IMG/VR virus record: IMGVR_UViG_3300033069_001718
Coordinates: 1-61,527 of that record
Source: a virus
DNA length: 61,527 bases
Strand: one strand, 5' to 3'
Shown here: piece by piece, positions 28,471 through 38,838 of the stretch
Layout of the letters: each line of letters opens with the position of its first letter
How positions within the stretch are numbered: the first letter of the stretch is position 1
Position numbers and translations under genes: made by a program
Notes under the pieces: model-generated
The model's database searches: none
Seen by the model: the letters and a program-made list of their open reading frames with translations, nothing else
Told to the model about the DNA's origin: nothing

Positions 28471-31163
28471 ATAAAGCAACAAACACCGTACATCTGTGGG
28501 ATGATGGTCCTGGCGGCTATACAAATTTCCCTTATCCCCGCTATGCATTCAAGAAAAAAGCCGGTGGTCGATATCGTTCCATCTATGGCGACGAACTTGC
28601 CCGGGTAACTAACTTTAATGAAAATGATCCGGAATTGTTTGAATCGGATCTGCCGCCGGAAACGCGGATTTTGATTGATGCTTACGAAGAGTCGGATGAA
28701 CCATCGACTGGACATAATGTGGTATTCATCGATATCGAGACCGACTCTGAAGGCGGCTTCCCCAACATCAAGGAGGGGGATAAAGAAATCACGGCGATTT
28801 CTATGTATGACTCCCTGACGAAAAAGTACCACGCATACTTGTTGGACAAGAACCATCTTGTTTCCGGTTTAAACCTTGGTGAGGGAATCGAACTCCACGA
28901 CTACGACGATGAAGAGACGATGTTAATGGCTTTTCTCAATATGTGGGAACAGCTTGCTCCGACCATCGTGACCGGTTGGAATGTGGATTTTTTCGACATG
29001 CCCTATCTATACAATCGCATAAAAGTGGTGTGTGGTCAGAATAATGCGAAACGACTTTCACCGATAGGCGCATGTTATATGCGCCGTGGGTTGGATAAGA
29101 TGGTCATCGGCGGAGTGTCAGTTCTGGATTATTTGCTTCTATACAAAAAGTTCAGCCGAAGAAATATGCCGAACCACCAATTGAATACCGTGGGTAAAAT
29201 CGTGGTAAAGATGGAGAAAATCCATTTTGATGGCAACCTCAACGATCTATATAACAACGATGTCAAAAAATACATTGAATACAACTTACAGGATGTGCGC
29301 ATTGTCGTGGCATTGGATGAAAAATTGAAGTTCATCGATCTGGCCAAACGGATCTGTCACACCGGTCACGTACCTTATGAGTGGTTTCATATGTCCAGTC
29401 GTTATTTGGACGGCGCGATTATTCTTTACATCCGCCGCAATGGCGGTTTGATTGCGCCCAATAAACCCGCCGGCGGACGTGAGCAGTATATGGAACAGGA
29501 GACAGGTGACGACGATGGCGAAGACGGTTTTGAAGGCGCATATGTTAAACCCCCTGTTCCTGGTCGTTACGATTGGGTGTATGACTTGGATTTAACCTCC
29601 ATGTACCCGAAAATCATTATTAGCTTGAATATTTCACCGGAAACCAAGGCAGCGAAGTGTTTTAAGGTAAAGTACACCCAAGCCGCAGCCGAAAGAAAGC
29701 GCCGTGAAATTCTTAAAGAAAATACGGAAAGTGATAAACCCCTACCCTTCGATAAAGTGGAGGAACTCATCACACGTAAACTCAAAGAATTTGATATGGA
29801 CTACCACGTACGCGGGGACATTGAGAGTTATGATCTGGGCCAAGCCGAATACACCAAGGAAGAGTTGGATGATTTGATAAAGAAAGCGTCGTATTCGTTA
29901 TCATCCAATGGAATTCTCTATGATCAGGACAAACGGGGAATTATTCCTGAAATTCTTACCAAGTGGTTTGCGGAGCGTGTGGAGATGCGTAAGTTGGCTA
30001 AGGAGTGTTTAAAAACGGGGGATAAGGTCGGTTACGAATTTTACAATGTTCGACAAGAGGTCCAGAAAATCTTACTCAATTCTATGTATGGGGTATTGGG
30101 TCTCCCCATCTTTCGTTTCTACGATGTGGATAACGCAGAAGCGGTCACAAAAACCGGCGTCACCATCATCAAGACCACCGCTCGGGCGATCAACATGTAC
30201 TATCAGAAGGTTTTGAATACCAACGGAGATTATGTCATCTATTCCGATACGGATTCCTGTTTCGTCGCCGCTGCGCCGATGATCAAACATAAATTTCCTG
30301 ACATTGATGTATTGGACGGTAAGGCTATGACGGACGGCATTATGAAGGTGACGGACGAAGTCCAAACTTACGTCAATACTTTTTATGATACGATGGCGGT
30401 TAAATTGTTTCATCTGAATAAAGCGCAATTTCAGTTAAAACGACACGGAGCATTGGTTAATACAACGCATGAATTTGAGGCGAAGCAGGAGGTCATCGCG
30501 AAGACCGGGATTTGGTTAGCCAAAAAGCGTTATGCGCTGTGGGTTATTCACAAGGAGGGGGTATTGCTGCCAACTCCAGAATTGGATGTCAAGGGCATCG
30601 ACATCGTTCGGACAAGTTTCCCCGCCAAGTTCCGTGACTTTATGAAAGAGTTCCTCATAAACATCCTGGATAAAGTGGATCGTGAAAAGATCGATGAGAA
30701 AATCCTCAATTTTGCCAATAGTGTTCGCACATTGGAGATTATGGATATTGCGAAGAACACTTCCATAAAATTTGTTAGTGGGAAGGGAGATATTCATTAC
30801 TATCCAAAGGATCGCCAACCGTTTAGTATTGTGACGGGAACGCCCGCCCAAGTCAAGGCCGGGATCAATTACAACGATCTTCTAAAGAAACTTGGGCTAC
30901 ACAAAAAGACCGAACCCATCCTTCACGGCCAGAAAATTAAGTGGGTCTACTTGCGAGAAAATGAATTCGGTTTGGATTGTATGGCCTTAAAAGCGGATGG
31001 TAACGACCCAAAGCAAATGTTGGATTTTCTAAATTCCCACGTAGATCGGCAGATGATGTATGAAAAGGAATTGAAAGGGAAGTTGGAAAACTTCTATGAA
31101 GTTATGAAATGGGAATTCCCGTCTGAAACAAAGAAAACCGCCGGCCAATTTTTTGAATTTTAA
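28449..31163 (+). CDS. family B DNA polymerase, T4 gp43-like
   Basis: Exo I VVFIDIETD. Motif A DLDLTSMYPKIIISLNISPET (T4: DLTSLYPSIIRQVNISPET). Motif C IYSDTDSCFV. KKRY motif. 904 aa, against 898 aa for T4 gp43. Confidence 0.92.
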   Translation: MYKNIFIDKATNTVHLWDDGPGGYTNFPYPRYAFKKKAGGRYRSIYGDELARVTNFNENDPELFESDLPPETRILIDAYEESDEPSTGHNVVFIDIETDSEGGFPNIKEGDKEITAISMYDSLTKKYHAYLLDKNHLVSGLNLGEGIELHDYDDEETMLMAFLNMWEQLAPTIVTGWNVDFFDMPYLYNRIKVVCGQNNAKRLSPIGACYMRRGLDKMVIGGVSVLDYLLLYKKFSRRNMPNHQLNTVGKIVVKMEKIHFDGNLNDLYNNDVKKYIEYNLQDVRIVVALDEKLKFIDLAKRICHTGHVPYEWFHMSSRYLDGAIILYIRRNGGLIAPNKPAGGREQYMEQETGDDDGEDGFEGAYVKPPVPGRYDWVYDLDLTSMYPKIIISLNISPETKAAKCFKVKYTQAAAERKRREILKENTESDKPLPFDKVEELITRKLKEFDMDYHVRGDIESYDLGQAEYTKEELDDLIKKASYSLSSNGILYDQDKRGIIPEILTKWFAERVEMRKLAKECLKTGDKVGYEFYNVRQEVQKILLNSMYGVLGLPIFRFYDVDNAEAVTKTGVTIIKTTARAINMYYQKVLNTNGDYVIYSDTDSCFVAAAPMIKHKFPDIDVLDGKAMTDGIMKVTDEVQTYVNTFYDTMAVKLFHLNKAQFQLKRHGALVNTTHEFEAKQEVIAKTGIWLAKKRYALWVIHKEGVLLPTPELDVKGIDIVRTSFPAKFRDFMKEFLINILDKVDREKIDEKILNFANSVRTLEIMDIAKNTSIKFVSGKGDIHYYPKDRQPFSIVTGTPAQVKAGINYNDLLKKLGLHKKTEPILHGQKIKWVYLRENEFGLDCMALKADGNDPKQMLDFLNSHVDRQMMYEKELKGKLENFYEVMKWEFPSETKKTAGQFFEF

Positions 31164-31353
31164 AATGAATGGAAAGCAAATTATGATGGTACCACCCTGG
31201 CCAAAGGTTCGGTTTAAAACTGATAGTGGTAACGAATGTGAGGGTTACATTTATTCCAAGTGGGGTGACAAAATTTACGTCTCCCAGAATAAAAGTTACG
31301 AGACCATTGGCTTGGCCCAGAACTGGATCATCACCAAGGAACAGATATTGTGA
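31153..31353 (+). CDS. hypothetical protein
   Basis: Small ORF coupled to the polymerase. Confidence 0.3.
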   Translation: MNFKMNGKQIMMVPPWPKVRFKTDSGNECEGYIYSKWGDKIYVSQNKSYETIGLAQNWIITKEQIL

Positions 31354-31655
31354 ATTCTACTAATAAACAGCGCAAAAAGAAAAACCGCCTGACGGTAGCT
31401 ATTACTACTGGAACATACCGTGGGGATGTTATTCGCAACGGTCAATGGAACAAGGCGAACACCTATTGTCCAGAATGTCACGCCTCTAACGGGATGGCAC
31501 ACAAACGGGGGTGTAAGGGCCGGAGAATAAGAATTTCAACTTCGGCTCGAATGCCAAAGAAAACCGCTTCGGCAAAAAGGTGGGAACGATTTTATGAAAA
31601 ATTTGTTAATTGTGAACCATATAAGGAATATGGCCGACCGGAATGGAAGTTATGA
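31350..31655 (+). CDS. basic zinc-ribbon protein
   Basis: CPECH...CKGRR. Lys/Arg-rich. Confidence 0.3.
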   Translation: MNSTNKQRKKKNRLTVAITTGTYRGDVIRNGQWNKANTYCPECHASNGMAHKRGCKGRRIRISTSARMPKKTASAKRWERFYEKFVNCEPYKEYGRPEWKL

Positions 31656-31858
31656 GTGAAGAGAAAATCATCAATGGAGTGAAATCGGTTAGGGCAGACG
31701 CATTAAATATGGGGGTTTGTTTTACGATTGCGGGCGTTTACACTAAATATTGTACAACCATTCCGACTGACCCGCGGCTTTGTTTAAGCATCTTTGTCTG
31801 CTGCGTCATTTGGTCAGTCTCCACCTCTTTTCTTTACGGTTTTAAAAAGAAATTATGA
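31643..31858 (+). CDS. small membrane protein
   Basis: Hydrophobic segments. Confidence 0.25.
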   Translation: MEVMSEEKIINGVKSVRADALNMGVCFTIAGVYTKYCTTIPTDPRLCLSIFVCCVIWSVSTSFLYGFKKKL

Positions 31859-32235
31859 ATACTGCTTATGAGGAAACGGTTCGGTTGGCCAAATTAATTT
31901 TTCAAGAAATTTATGAAAAGAGATTTTCTAATCGTAAAGAATTTGATAATTTCACTAGTCAATTGGTGAAAGATACTAAACAACCCGACACTGAATACAC
32001 TTATTCTTCATTGTATCTATCAAAACATTCTCATTTTACCTTTCATATAAAGGTGGTTTGTAACAGATGCTACTCCGTAATTACCTTTTCGTTCTGTATG
32101 ATACGGGGCGATAGTCAATTTTCCAATGGAAACATTTCGTCGGTGTCAATAAACATAGGTACTCCTGCCTATTGGTATGGAAACGAATCAATGTTTTCAG
32201 AGCCTGTCAAGGAAAAAGAGGAAATGATATTATGA
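31855..32235 (+). CDS. hypothetical protein
   Basis: ORF only. Confidence 0.3.
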   Translation: MNTAYEETVRLAKLIFQEIYEKRFSNRKEFDNFTSQLVKDTKQPDTEYTYSSLYLSKHSHFTFHIKVVCNRCYSVITFSFCMIRGDSQFSNGNISSVSINIGTPAYWYGNESMFSEPVKEKEEMIL

Positions 32236-32795
32236 AATTTCAACTTAAAACATGTTCCATCTTCGATATTAAAGATGTCGATGCTTACACCAACACCATA
32301 AACTGCGTTGGCATCATGGGCGCTGGTATCGCAGCTGAATTCAAAAAAAGATACCCCACAATGTTCAAAGAGTATCAAGAAGAATGTCTTATCCACGGTA
32401 TTAAACCAGGAGATTGTTGGGTGTATTCCGACGTGTCCGGAGTTGATTTATTAAATCTTGCCGTGAAAAGAGATTGGCGTGAGTGGGCGACCAGAGAATG
32501 GCTGGAACAAAGCCTCAAATCATTCAAATTGGAGGTTCTAGAGCGTAGAATTAAAAGCGTGGCCCTACCGCTCCTTGGCGGTAAAAACGGCCGACGCGGC
32601 CCTTGGGGCTCCGTTAAAGATTTCACCCCACCGCCACAGCCGGAAGAATTAAAAACATGGTTGGTAAAAGAGTTGACGAAATTCTCTGAAACATTTGATC
32701 TGGAAATTTATTTGTGTATTCCCGATGACAAGCCGGTTGAAACTCAGTCCGACCGCATAAAAATAGCGGCCAAACAATTCTTTAACTTAAAATAA
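32232..32795 (+). CDS. macro-domain (ADP-ribose binding/processing) protein
   Basis: INCVGIMGAGIAAEFKKRYP resembles the macro-domain glycine-rich ADP-ribose loop. Start at the ATGA-coupled ATG. Confidence 0.5.
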   Translation: MKFQLKTCSIFDIKDVDAYTNTINCVGIMGAGIAAEFKKRYPTMFKEYQEECLIHGIKPGDCWVYSDVSGVDLLNLAVKRDWREWATREWLEQSLKSFKLEVLERRIKSVALPLLGGKNGRRGPWGSVKDFTPPPQPEELKTWLVKELTKFSETFDLEIYLCIPDDKPVETQSDRIKIAAKQFFNLK

Positions 32796-32849
32796 ATAGA
32801 CACTTTCATTCCAATCCCGTATCGTATATCTCACACTTACAGACCACCT

Positions 32850-33572
32850 ATGAAAAAATCCTTAATTGAATCCTTTATTAAAAAATATAGTTTGAATGGC
32901 ACCATTGAATCCGTGAAGTGGGAAGCCACCAAAGATAAAAAATTACATGTTGATACCATCACCGAAGATAAGACGGTTTTGGTCAAGGTAGATTTGAAGC
33001 CCTTCGACGATTTCGCCGACGAAAACGTCGGCGTCAATGAAACATCGAAGTTGAAAGGTATGTTGGCCCCCTTCGGCGATGACATCCAACTAGCGGTTGT
33101 CAAAACCAAAGACAAGATTACCGGCCTAACGCTCGAACAAGGAGAAATTCAATCCCTCTTCGCTGCGGCCGACCTCGCGGTCATTCCGGCTGCGCCTAGT
33201 TTGAAGGGCTTACCTGAGGTTAACTGTGAAATTGTTCTTGATAACACTTTCATTGAGGGTTTTATCAAGGCGAAGTCAGGTTTACAAGAGGTTGACACAT
33301 TCACTCTCTTATCCAAGAAGGATAAAATATACCTAGTTCTTGGGCACAGCAAACTTAACACCAATCGAACATCAATTGGATTAGTCGCTACCGGCACCAT
33401 TGAAAAACCCATTAGCTTCTCCGCGAAATATTTTAAGGAAATTCTTTCTGCCAACTCCGACTGTACCGCAAGTAATTTGAAAGTGTCGGATAAAGGCTTG
33501 GCCATCGCGGAATTTGAAAATGATAACTTCAAGAGTAGTTATTACATGGTGATGATCAAGATGGAGGAATAA
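32850..33572 (+). CDS. sliding clamp (gp45-like) candidate
   Basis: About 240 aa, acidic, immediately upstream of the clamp loader. No strong motif. Positional inference. Confidence 0.45.
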   Translation: MKKSLIESFIKKYSLNGTIESVKWEATKDKKLHVDTITEDKTVLVKVDLKPFDDFADENVGVNETSKLKGMLAPFGDDIQLAVVKTKDKITGLTLEQGEIQSLFAAADLAVIPAAPSLKGLPEVNCEIVLDNTFIEGFIKAKSGLQEVDTFTLLSKKDKIYLVLGHSKLNTNRTSIGLVATGTIEKPISFSAKYFKEILSANSDCTASNLKVSDKGLAIAEFENDNFKSSYYMVMIKMEE

Positions 33573-33728
33573 TCATGAGCCACCGTGGATTTAACAAAGA
33601 ACCAGGCAGTCACGCTTCAATTTGGGAAGCCCTAATGGATATGGATCTCCTATTGAAAGATGGGACCCGGTGTAAATTAAAAGACAACATCAAATCAGTC
33701 ACATTTAAAGAAAAAAAGCGAGCTATCG

Positions 33729-34688
33729 ATGGAAGAATTCCTAGAATTTAAAGGTCAAACTGAAAAAACTCAGATCGACCACTATATTTGGACCGAAAAA
33801 TACCGGCCAAATGATTTAAGCGATTATGTAGGTAATGAGTCATTGAAAGAGTCAGTTGAACGTTATATCTCTGAAGGTGACATCGCGCACCTTTTGTTTT
33901 TTGGCCCAGCGGGGACAGGTAAAACGACTTTGGCTAAGATGTTGGTGAAAAAGATCGACTGCGACCATTTGTATATTAATGCGTCCAGTGAGAATGGAAT
34001 CGAAACTATTCGTCAGAAGATTACAGGATTTGCTTCCTCCGCTGGCTTTCGGGATCTTAAAATTATCATATTGGATGAGGCAGATTTTTTGACCGCTAAT
34101 GCGCAAGCGGCATTACGCAATACGATGGAGACTTATTCCTCCCACACGCGCTTTATCATGACGTGTAATTATCATGAAAAAATTATTCCCGCGATTGCGT
34201 CCCGCTGCCAAAAATACGAAGTCAAACCACTGTCCAAAAAAGAAGTTGCGATTCAAGTCGCCACCATTCTCAATAAAGAAAAGGTGGCCTTCATGAAGGA
34301 AGACTTAGCCTTCATCGTTAACAAATACCACCCCGATCTGCGGCAAATAATAAATGTGGCACAACAATCGACGCATGGTGGTAAATTGAAATTGACCAAG
34401 GAGGATTTAGTGGTTAGTGACTTGATGTCAACTTTGGTGGAGAAACTCAAAACGCCTACCCAAAAGGGATTATTCAACGAACTGCGGCAACTAATCGCAG
34501 ATTCAGATACGAATAGCTTTGACGAAATTTACAAGTACCTATTTGATAAGGTGGGGGAATATGCCAATGGCAAAGAAGCCGTAGTTTGTTTGGAACTAGC
34601 CGACGGGATCTATCAATCCGCGTTGGTATTCGAAAAACAAATAACATTTCTTGCCACTTTACAAAAAATCATAAACGCGTTACGCTAA
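33729..34688 (+). CDS. AAA+ clamp loader large subunit (gp44 / RFC-like)
   Basis: Walker A FFGPAGTGKTT. Walker B IIILDEADFL. SRC motif ASRCQKY. Exactly 319 aa, like T4 gp44. Confidence 0.85.
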   Translation: MEEFLEFKGQTEKTQIDHYIWTEKYRPNDLSDYVGNESLKESVERYISEGDIAHLLFFGPAGTGKTTLAKMLVKKIDCDHLYINASSENGIETIRQKITGFASSAGFRDLKIIILDEADFLTANAQAALRNTMETYSSHTRFIMTCNYHEKIIPAIASRCQKYEVKPLSKKEVAIQVATILNKEKVAFMKEDLAFIVNKYHPDLRQIINVAQQSTHGGKLKLTKEDLVVSDLMSTLVEKLKTPTQKGLFNELRQLIADSDTNSFDEIYKYLFDKVGEYANGKEAVVCLELADGIYQSALVFEKQITFLATLQKIINALR

Positions 34689-34702
34689 ACAAAAGAAAAA
34701 TT

Positions 34703-34942
34703 ATGGAACTACCAACTGACCCAAAAGACCGAGAAATCCTCAAGGAATTCATTTCCACCTACGCCAGCCATCAGTGGCTCCGTGGGGCTAATGTTATCGA
34801 CAACCACCCATCGACTTTCCGGAAGACACTTGAAGTCCACGTCAATTATCGCCCGATTAACGAAATGGTCCAATTGCGCTCGTTTGCGCACAAGTACGGA
34901 TTGGCCATTGAGTTGGTCCAAGTTCAGACCATTGAAGGTTAA
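34703..34942 (+). CDS. hypothetical small protein (candidate clamp-loader accessory subunit by position)
   Basis: ATG at 34703 just after the gp44-like stop. 79 aa. Confidence 0.3.
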   Translation: MELPTDPKDREILKEFISTYASHQWLRGANVIDNHPSTFRKTLEVHVNYRPINEMVQLRSFAHKYGLAIELVQVQTIEG

Positions 34943-34958
34943 TTCGAATCGTGGGGTT

Positions 34959-35177
34959 ATGAACGACCTTATCGATTTCATCGGGTATGTCTGGAAATTA
35001 CTTTTAGCCGTGTTCTCCAATGGAAAGAAATCCAAAGGAGAAATAAGCTATCAACCAGCGGCAATAATTCCCATTCAACCTATGGCCATGCCCGCGGGCC
35101 GGGTCTTTTATGCGGATTTAATCCACACATTGGACATCCGGAAACAGGTATCTGTCCATATTCAAAAAAATATATAA
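34959..35177 (+). CDS. hypothetical small protein
   Basis: The C-terminal part of track ORF 34782..35177 looks coding. The N-terminal part overlaps the preceding gene. Confidence 0.2.
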   Translation: MNDLIDFIGYVWKLLLAVFSNGKKSKGEISYQPAAIIPIQPMAMPAGRVFYADLIHTLDIRKQVSVHIQKNI

Positions 35178-35180
35178 AGT

Positions 35181-36266
35181 ATGAGTTTTTTGGCTCCAGC
35201 CATAGAGATCGCCCCCTTTCTCCCCATGCGTGGGATATATTACATTGGTCAATATGGAACCAGTGGTTATGCGAACGCGGCTCGTGGGTACCTCTATCAT
35301 TATTATTCTCTGGGGACGCCAATAACATGGGATCCCCTCTACTTCGATGGATCGGAGATGGAGGATGATGACCCTATAAATGTCGTCGTTAAATCCCTTA
35401 TTAATAAAACCATTGATTATGACTTCATTATCATCCACAGCACTCCTGATTTGTGGCCGGGCCTGTTAAAGCAGAAGAAGATGGATAACTGCGGGCGGAT
35501 TGTTGTCGGTTATTGTACGTGGGAGACCAGTCAACTCCCTGACGCCTGGGTAACCAGTATAAATAATTCAGTTCACGAGCTATGGGTGCCCTCAGAGTAT
35601 AATCGCCAAGCCTTCATCGCATCGGGAGTAACCAAGCTAATTCGGGTTGTCCCCCACATTTACCTACCCCCGCAAACGATGGATCGGAAACGAATAAACA
35701 TCAATGATGAAACGGTGTATACTTTCTATACAATTGGGGAAATGAATGCCCGTAAATCCATTGCGGAAACAATTGAGACTTTTTGCCGAACTTTTACGAA
35801 AGACGATCCCACGCGGTTATTGGTTAAGACTCACTATAAAGATTATGATACCAAAAATCGTCTGACATGTGAGAATAAGGTGATAGACATTCTGGAAAAT
35901 TTTCCTGAGCACGCTCCGGTTTTGGTTTTTGCCGACAAATGTTCATCCAAACAAATCTCCGCGATACATACCGTAGGAGATTGTTATGTCGCACTGTCCA
36001 AATCGGAGGGATTTGGTTTGCCAATTTTTGACGCGTTTCACCGTGGAAAAAAAATCATCACAACCGGCTATGGTGGGCAATTAGATTTCCTCCACGGAGA
36101 CTATCCGGGATTAGTTCGTTATACCCTGGGCCCGGCCGCCGGGATGCGTAATTATGCTGGGTTCGAAAACGAAACCCAGGATCATACATGGGCCATCCCT
36201 GATTTTAATCATGCGAGCGAACTCATGCGAAAGAATTATGAAGAATTTAAAGGCGCCTCTCTTTAA
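35181..36266 (+). CDS. glycosyltransferase family 4-like (GT-B)
   Basis: ALSKSEGFGLPIFDAFHRGKKIITT E-x7-E region. Start context aatatataaagtATGAGT. Confidence 0.6.
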   Translation: MSFLAPAIEIAPFLPMRGIYYIGQYGTSGYANAARGYLYHYYSLGTPITWDPLYFDGSEMEDDDPINVVVKSLINKTIDYDFIIIHSTPDLWPGLLKQKKMDNCGRIVVGYCTWETSQLPDAWVTSINNSVHELWVPSEYNRQAFIASGVTKLIRVVPHIYLPPQTMDRKRININDETVYTFYTIGEMNARKSIAETIETFCRTFTKDDPTRLLVKTHYKDYDTKNRLTCENKVIDILENFPEHAPVLVFADKCSSKQISAIHTVGDCYVALSKSEGFGLPIFDAFHRGKKIITTGYGGQLDFLHGDYPGLVRYTLGPAAGMRNYAGFENETQDHTWAIPDFNHASELMRKNYEEFKGASL

Positions 36267-36277
36267 AACTTAAAATT

Positions 36278-37177
36278 ATGATAGAACCCGAAATTAACAT
36301 AGTTTATGTTATTCAAGCATACAACCGGCCCCATTTATTAGCCCCAAGCTTACTAAGCCTTAGAGATCAAATCATTTCTCGGGATCGAAGAATCATCCTC
36401 TTAAACGATGGCCCCAAAGATGCGGGAGACATCGAAAAAATAAATGCGAATAAAATGATATTCGAATCCTTTTTTTCAGGATATCCCAAGGCTGAATATC
36501 GGGTCGAACCAATTAATAATGGAGCCGAACAGATGTTTGTTAAGACATTTTTTCAAATGTTTGATGTTGAGGGAGTTGATTGCTTTGCTCTATTAGAAGA
36601 TGATCTGTATTACGAACACAGTTATGTTCACAATGTAGAGCGGCTTTTATCACAGACATATGAAGACCCCGATGTTGTGAGCGTAAGTGGATTTACACGA
36701 CAGACAATATTCAAAACTAAATTTGAACTTGAAATGAATCGCCGATATGTTACTGCCCAACACAATTTAATCGGAGCGGTGTACAAAAAAATCGGCTGGC
36801 CAATTTTAAAACCAGCCTTTTTAGATTTTCTGGAACTTAAAAAGTCAGGTATTAGGCCGGAGACTATCTTTTTAACGTTAAACTCTAAATATGGTCTTAA
36901 GATGCCACATACAGCTTACGATAAGATTGTTGACCATTTATTTGCTAAACATCGGAAGTTGAGGGTCTCCACTTTTAATCGATATCTTTTTCATATGGGT
37001 TTGTTTGGAACATCGTGCGCTAAAAACAATGAAGATACTCATCATAACCGTGAGGCGCTTGCCAATTTCATTCGATTTGATTGGAATAAGCTGACAACGG
37101 ATAGCTCCACGGTGGATCATTTCATATTGAATAAAATGGATGATAGTTTTGTAGAGCAGTTTAGGAAAGAATCATGA
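36278..37177 (+). CDS. putative GT-A fold glycosyltransferase
   Basis: NIVYVIQAYNRPHLL N-terminus. ALLEDDLYY acidic motif. Confidence 0.4.
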   Translation: MIEPEINIVYVIQAYNRPHLLAPSLLSLRDQIISRDRRIILLNDGPKDAGDIEKINANKMIFESFFSGYPKAEYRVEPINNGAEQMFVKTFFQMFDVEGVDCFALLEDDLYYEHSYVHNVERLLSQTYEDPDVVSVSGFTRQTIFKTKFELEMNRRYVTAQHNLIGAVYKKIGWPILKPAFLDFLELKKSGIRPETIFLTLNSKYGLKMPHTAYDKIVDHLFAKHRKLRVSTFNRYLFHMGLFGTSCAKNNEDTHHNREALANFIRFDWNKLTTDSSTVDHFILNKMDDSFVEQFRKES

Positions 37178-38223
37178 AAAATAATCACCATGAAGAATTC
37201 ACTCAAAAGTATAGTAGTTGGGGAGATAAGCTTCTTCAACATACTGATGTGTTATCATCAATCCAGAATAAAAGAAAATTTATTCCAATAAATATTCAAC
37301 TGGCTCCATGCGAAATTTGTGACAGCGACTGCCCATTTTGCTCAGTTCAAAACCGACCTCTTAAAAGTAAACTTTCATTTGAAAAAATACAGAAAGTGTT
37401 AGGGGACTTTAGGACACTTGGGGCTAAAGCACTTGAGATTACCGGCGGAGGAAATCCTATGCTCTACCGTGACGGGAACCGTAACATTAACGATATCATT
37501 GAATGTGCTTATAGTTTAGGATATCAAATCGGAATAATAACGAACAGTCACAATCTTTCCAAGATAAATCCTGAGAACCATTCTAAAATAACGTGGTTAC
37601 GAATAAGTCTTATTCAATTGGATGAGGGTATTGAACCGGAAGAATATTTTTTTAATGGATTTCCGACAAACAAACTGGGATTTAGTTACATTATCTATGA
37701 TAAGACGACCCAAGAATCTATTTTGAAAATTTCTAAACTGGTTGCTTTACATCCCGCTGTCAAATTCGTTCGCCTGGCGGGGGATTGTTTGATTAAAGGA
37801 AATAACGTTGAAGTACGGGAGAAATTCAAGGGGGTAATTGATGAGATAGATAAACAATCAAAATTCTTTTTTAAAGAAATTGGTCATGAGGATTCGCCAT
37901 TTGATCACGGTTGTTATGTGGGGATGATACGACCATATGTAGCTCCGAATCCACAAGGAGGAGATTATAGAGTATATCCATGTACTAGTTATGTTCTAAA
38001 TAAACGGACATATGACCTGGATTATTCGCTTTGTAGCATCGATGACATCATACCAATGTGGGAAGCTATGAACCTCCGATTTAAAAACACAGGAAATCCA
38101 TATGAGATAAAGGGAAATAATGGGACGGATTGGTGTAAAACGTGTAAATATTGTTATTACAAAAATAACAATAAATTACTCCACTCCGTAGCCGCTGAGA
38201 TGCCAGATAAAAATTTCGCATGA
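37174..38223 (+). CDS. radical SAM enzyme
   Basis: CDSDCPFC CxxxCxxC motif. GGGNPML. Confidence 0.6.
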   Translation: MKNNHHEEFTQKYSSWGDKLLQHTDVLSSIQNKRKFIPINIQLAPCEICDSDCPFCSVQNRPLKSKLSFEKIQKVLGDFRTLGAKALEITGGGNPMLYRDGNRNINDIIECAYSLGYQIGIITNSHNLSKINPENHSKITWLRISLIQLDEGIEPEEYFFNGFPTNKLGFSYIIYDKTTQESILKISKLVALHPAVKFVRLAGDCLIKGNNVEVREKFKGVIDEIDKQSKFFFKEIGHEDSPFDHGCYVGMIRPYVAPNPQGGDYRVYPCTSYVLNKRTYDLDYSLCSIDDIIPMWEAMNLRFKNTGNPYEIKGNNGTDWCKTCKYCYYKNNNKLLHSVAAEMPDKNFA

Positions 38224-38792
38224 ATTTTGAAGAGTCATATTTTAAAAGTATAAATTATACCAATTATCTTGAGCGAGGTATTCGTTATAAGAAAATGGCG
38301 AAAGAATTGGTCCATTATTTAAAAGACCACACTCACATTCACCAAAACACATTGACTTTGGATTATGGTTGCGCGGTTGGATTTTTTACCCTGGGAGTGT
38401 CTGAGTTGGGAGTGTGTTGTGATGGTTATGACATTTCAACTTGGGCGGCCAACATCGCGAAGGATAATGGCGTTACTATTATTCCATTCGAATCACGGCA
38501 TTATGATATTATGTTCGCATTCGATGTGTTTGAACATATGGAAGATGGTGAAATAAACAAATCTTTGTATATGTTCTCTCCCAATTTATTGTTAATTAGA
38601 ATACCCTGTTCAATCAACGGGAAGGATTTTCATTTAGATGTTTCCCGCCGCGACCCAACCCACATCAATTGTAAAACAAAAGATGATTGGTTGGCTTTTT
38701 TCAAAAAAGCAGGCTTCACCCACGCCGAACCTATTGATTTATATACGATTTATGATGCGCCTGGAGTTATGTGTTATTTGTTCCAACGTTGA
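38220..38792 (+). CDS. class I SAM-dependent methyltransferase
   Basis: LDYGCAVGFFT motif-I-like. FDVFEH. Confidence 0.5.
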   Translation: MNFEESYFKSINYTNYLERGIRYKKMAKELVHYLKDHTHIHQNTLTLDYGCAVGFFTLGVSELGVCCDGYDISTWAANIAKDNGVTIIPFESRHYDIMFAFDVFEHMEDGEINKSLYMFSPNLLLIRIPCSINGKDFHLDVSRRDPTHINCKTKDDWLAFFKKAGFTHAEPIDLYTIYDAPGVMCYLFQR

Positions 38793-38821
38793 TCATTTTA
38801 CATCTGTTTCTAACACGGATT

Positions 38822-38838
38822 CATATTTATAGGATATG
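38822..38838 (+). promoter_or_regulatory. conserved start-proximal motif cATATTTATA-N4-ATGAG
   Basis: tcatatttataggatATGAGT. Confidence 0.45.

Noticed and set aside
34782-34958. N-terminal part of track ORF 34782..35177
   Set aside because: It is an Arg/Ser/Thr-rich out-of-frame read-through of the preceding small gene. Only the segment from ATG 34959 looks coding.
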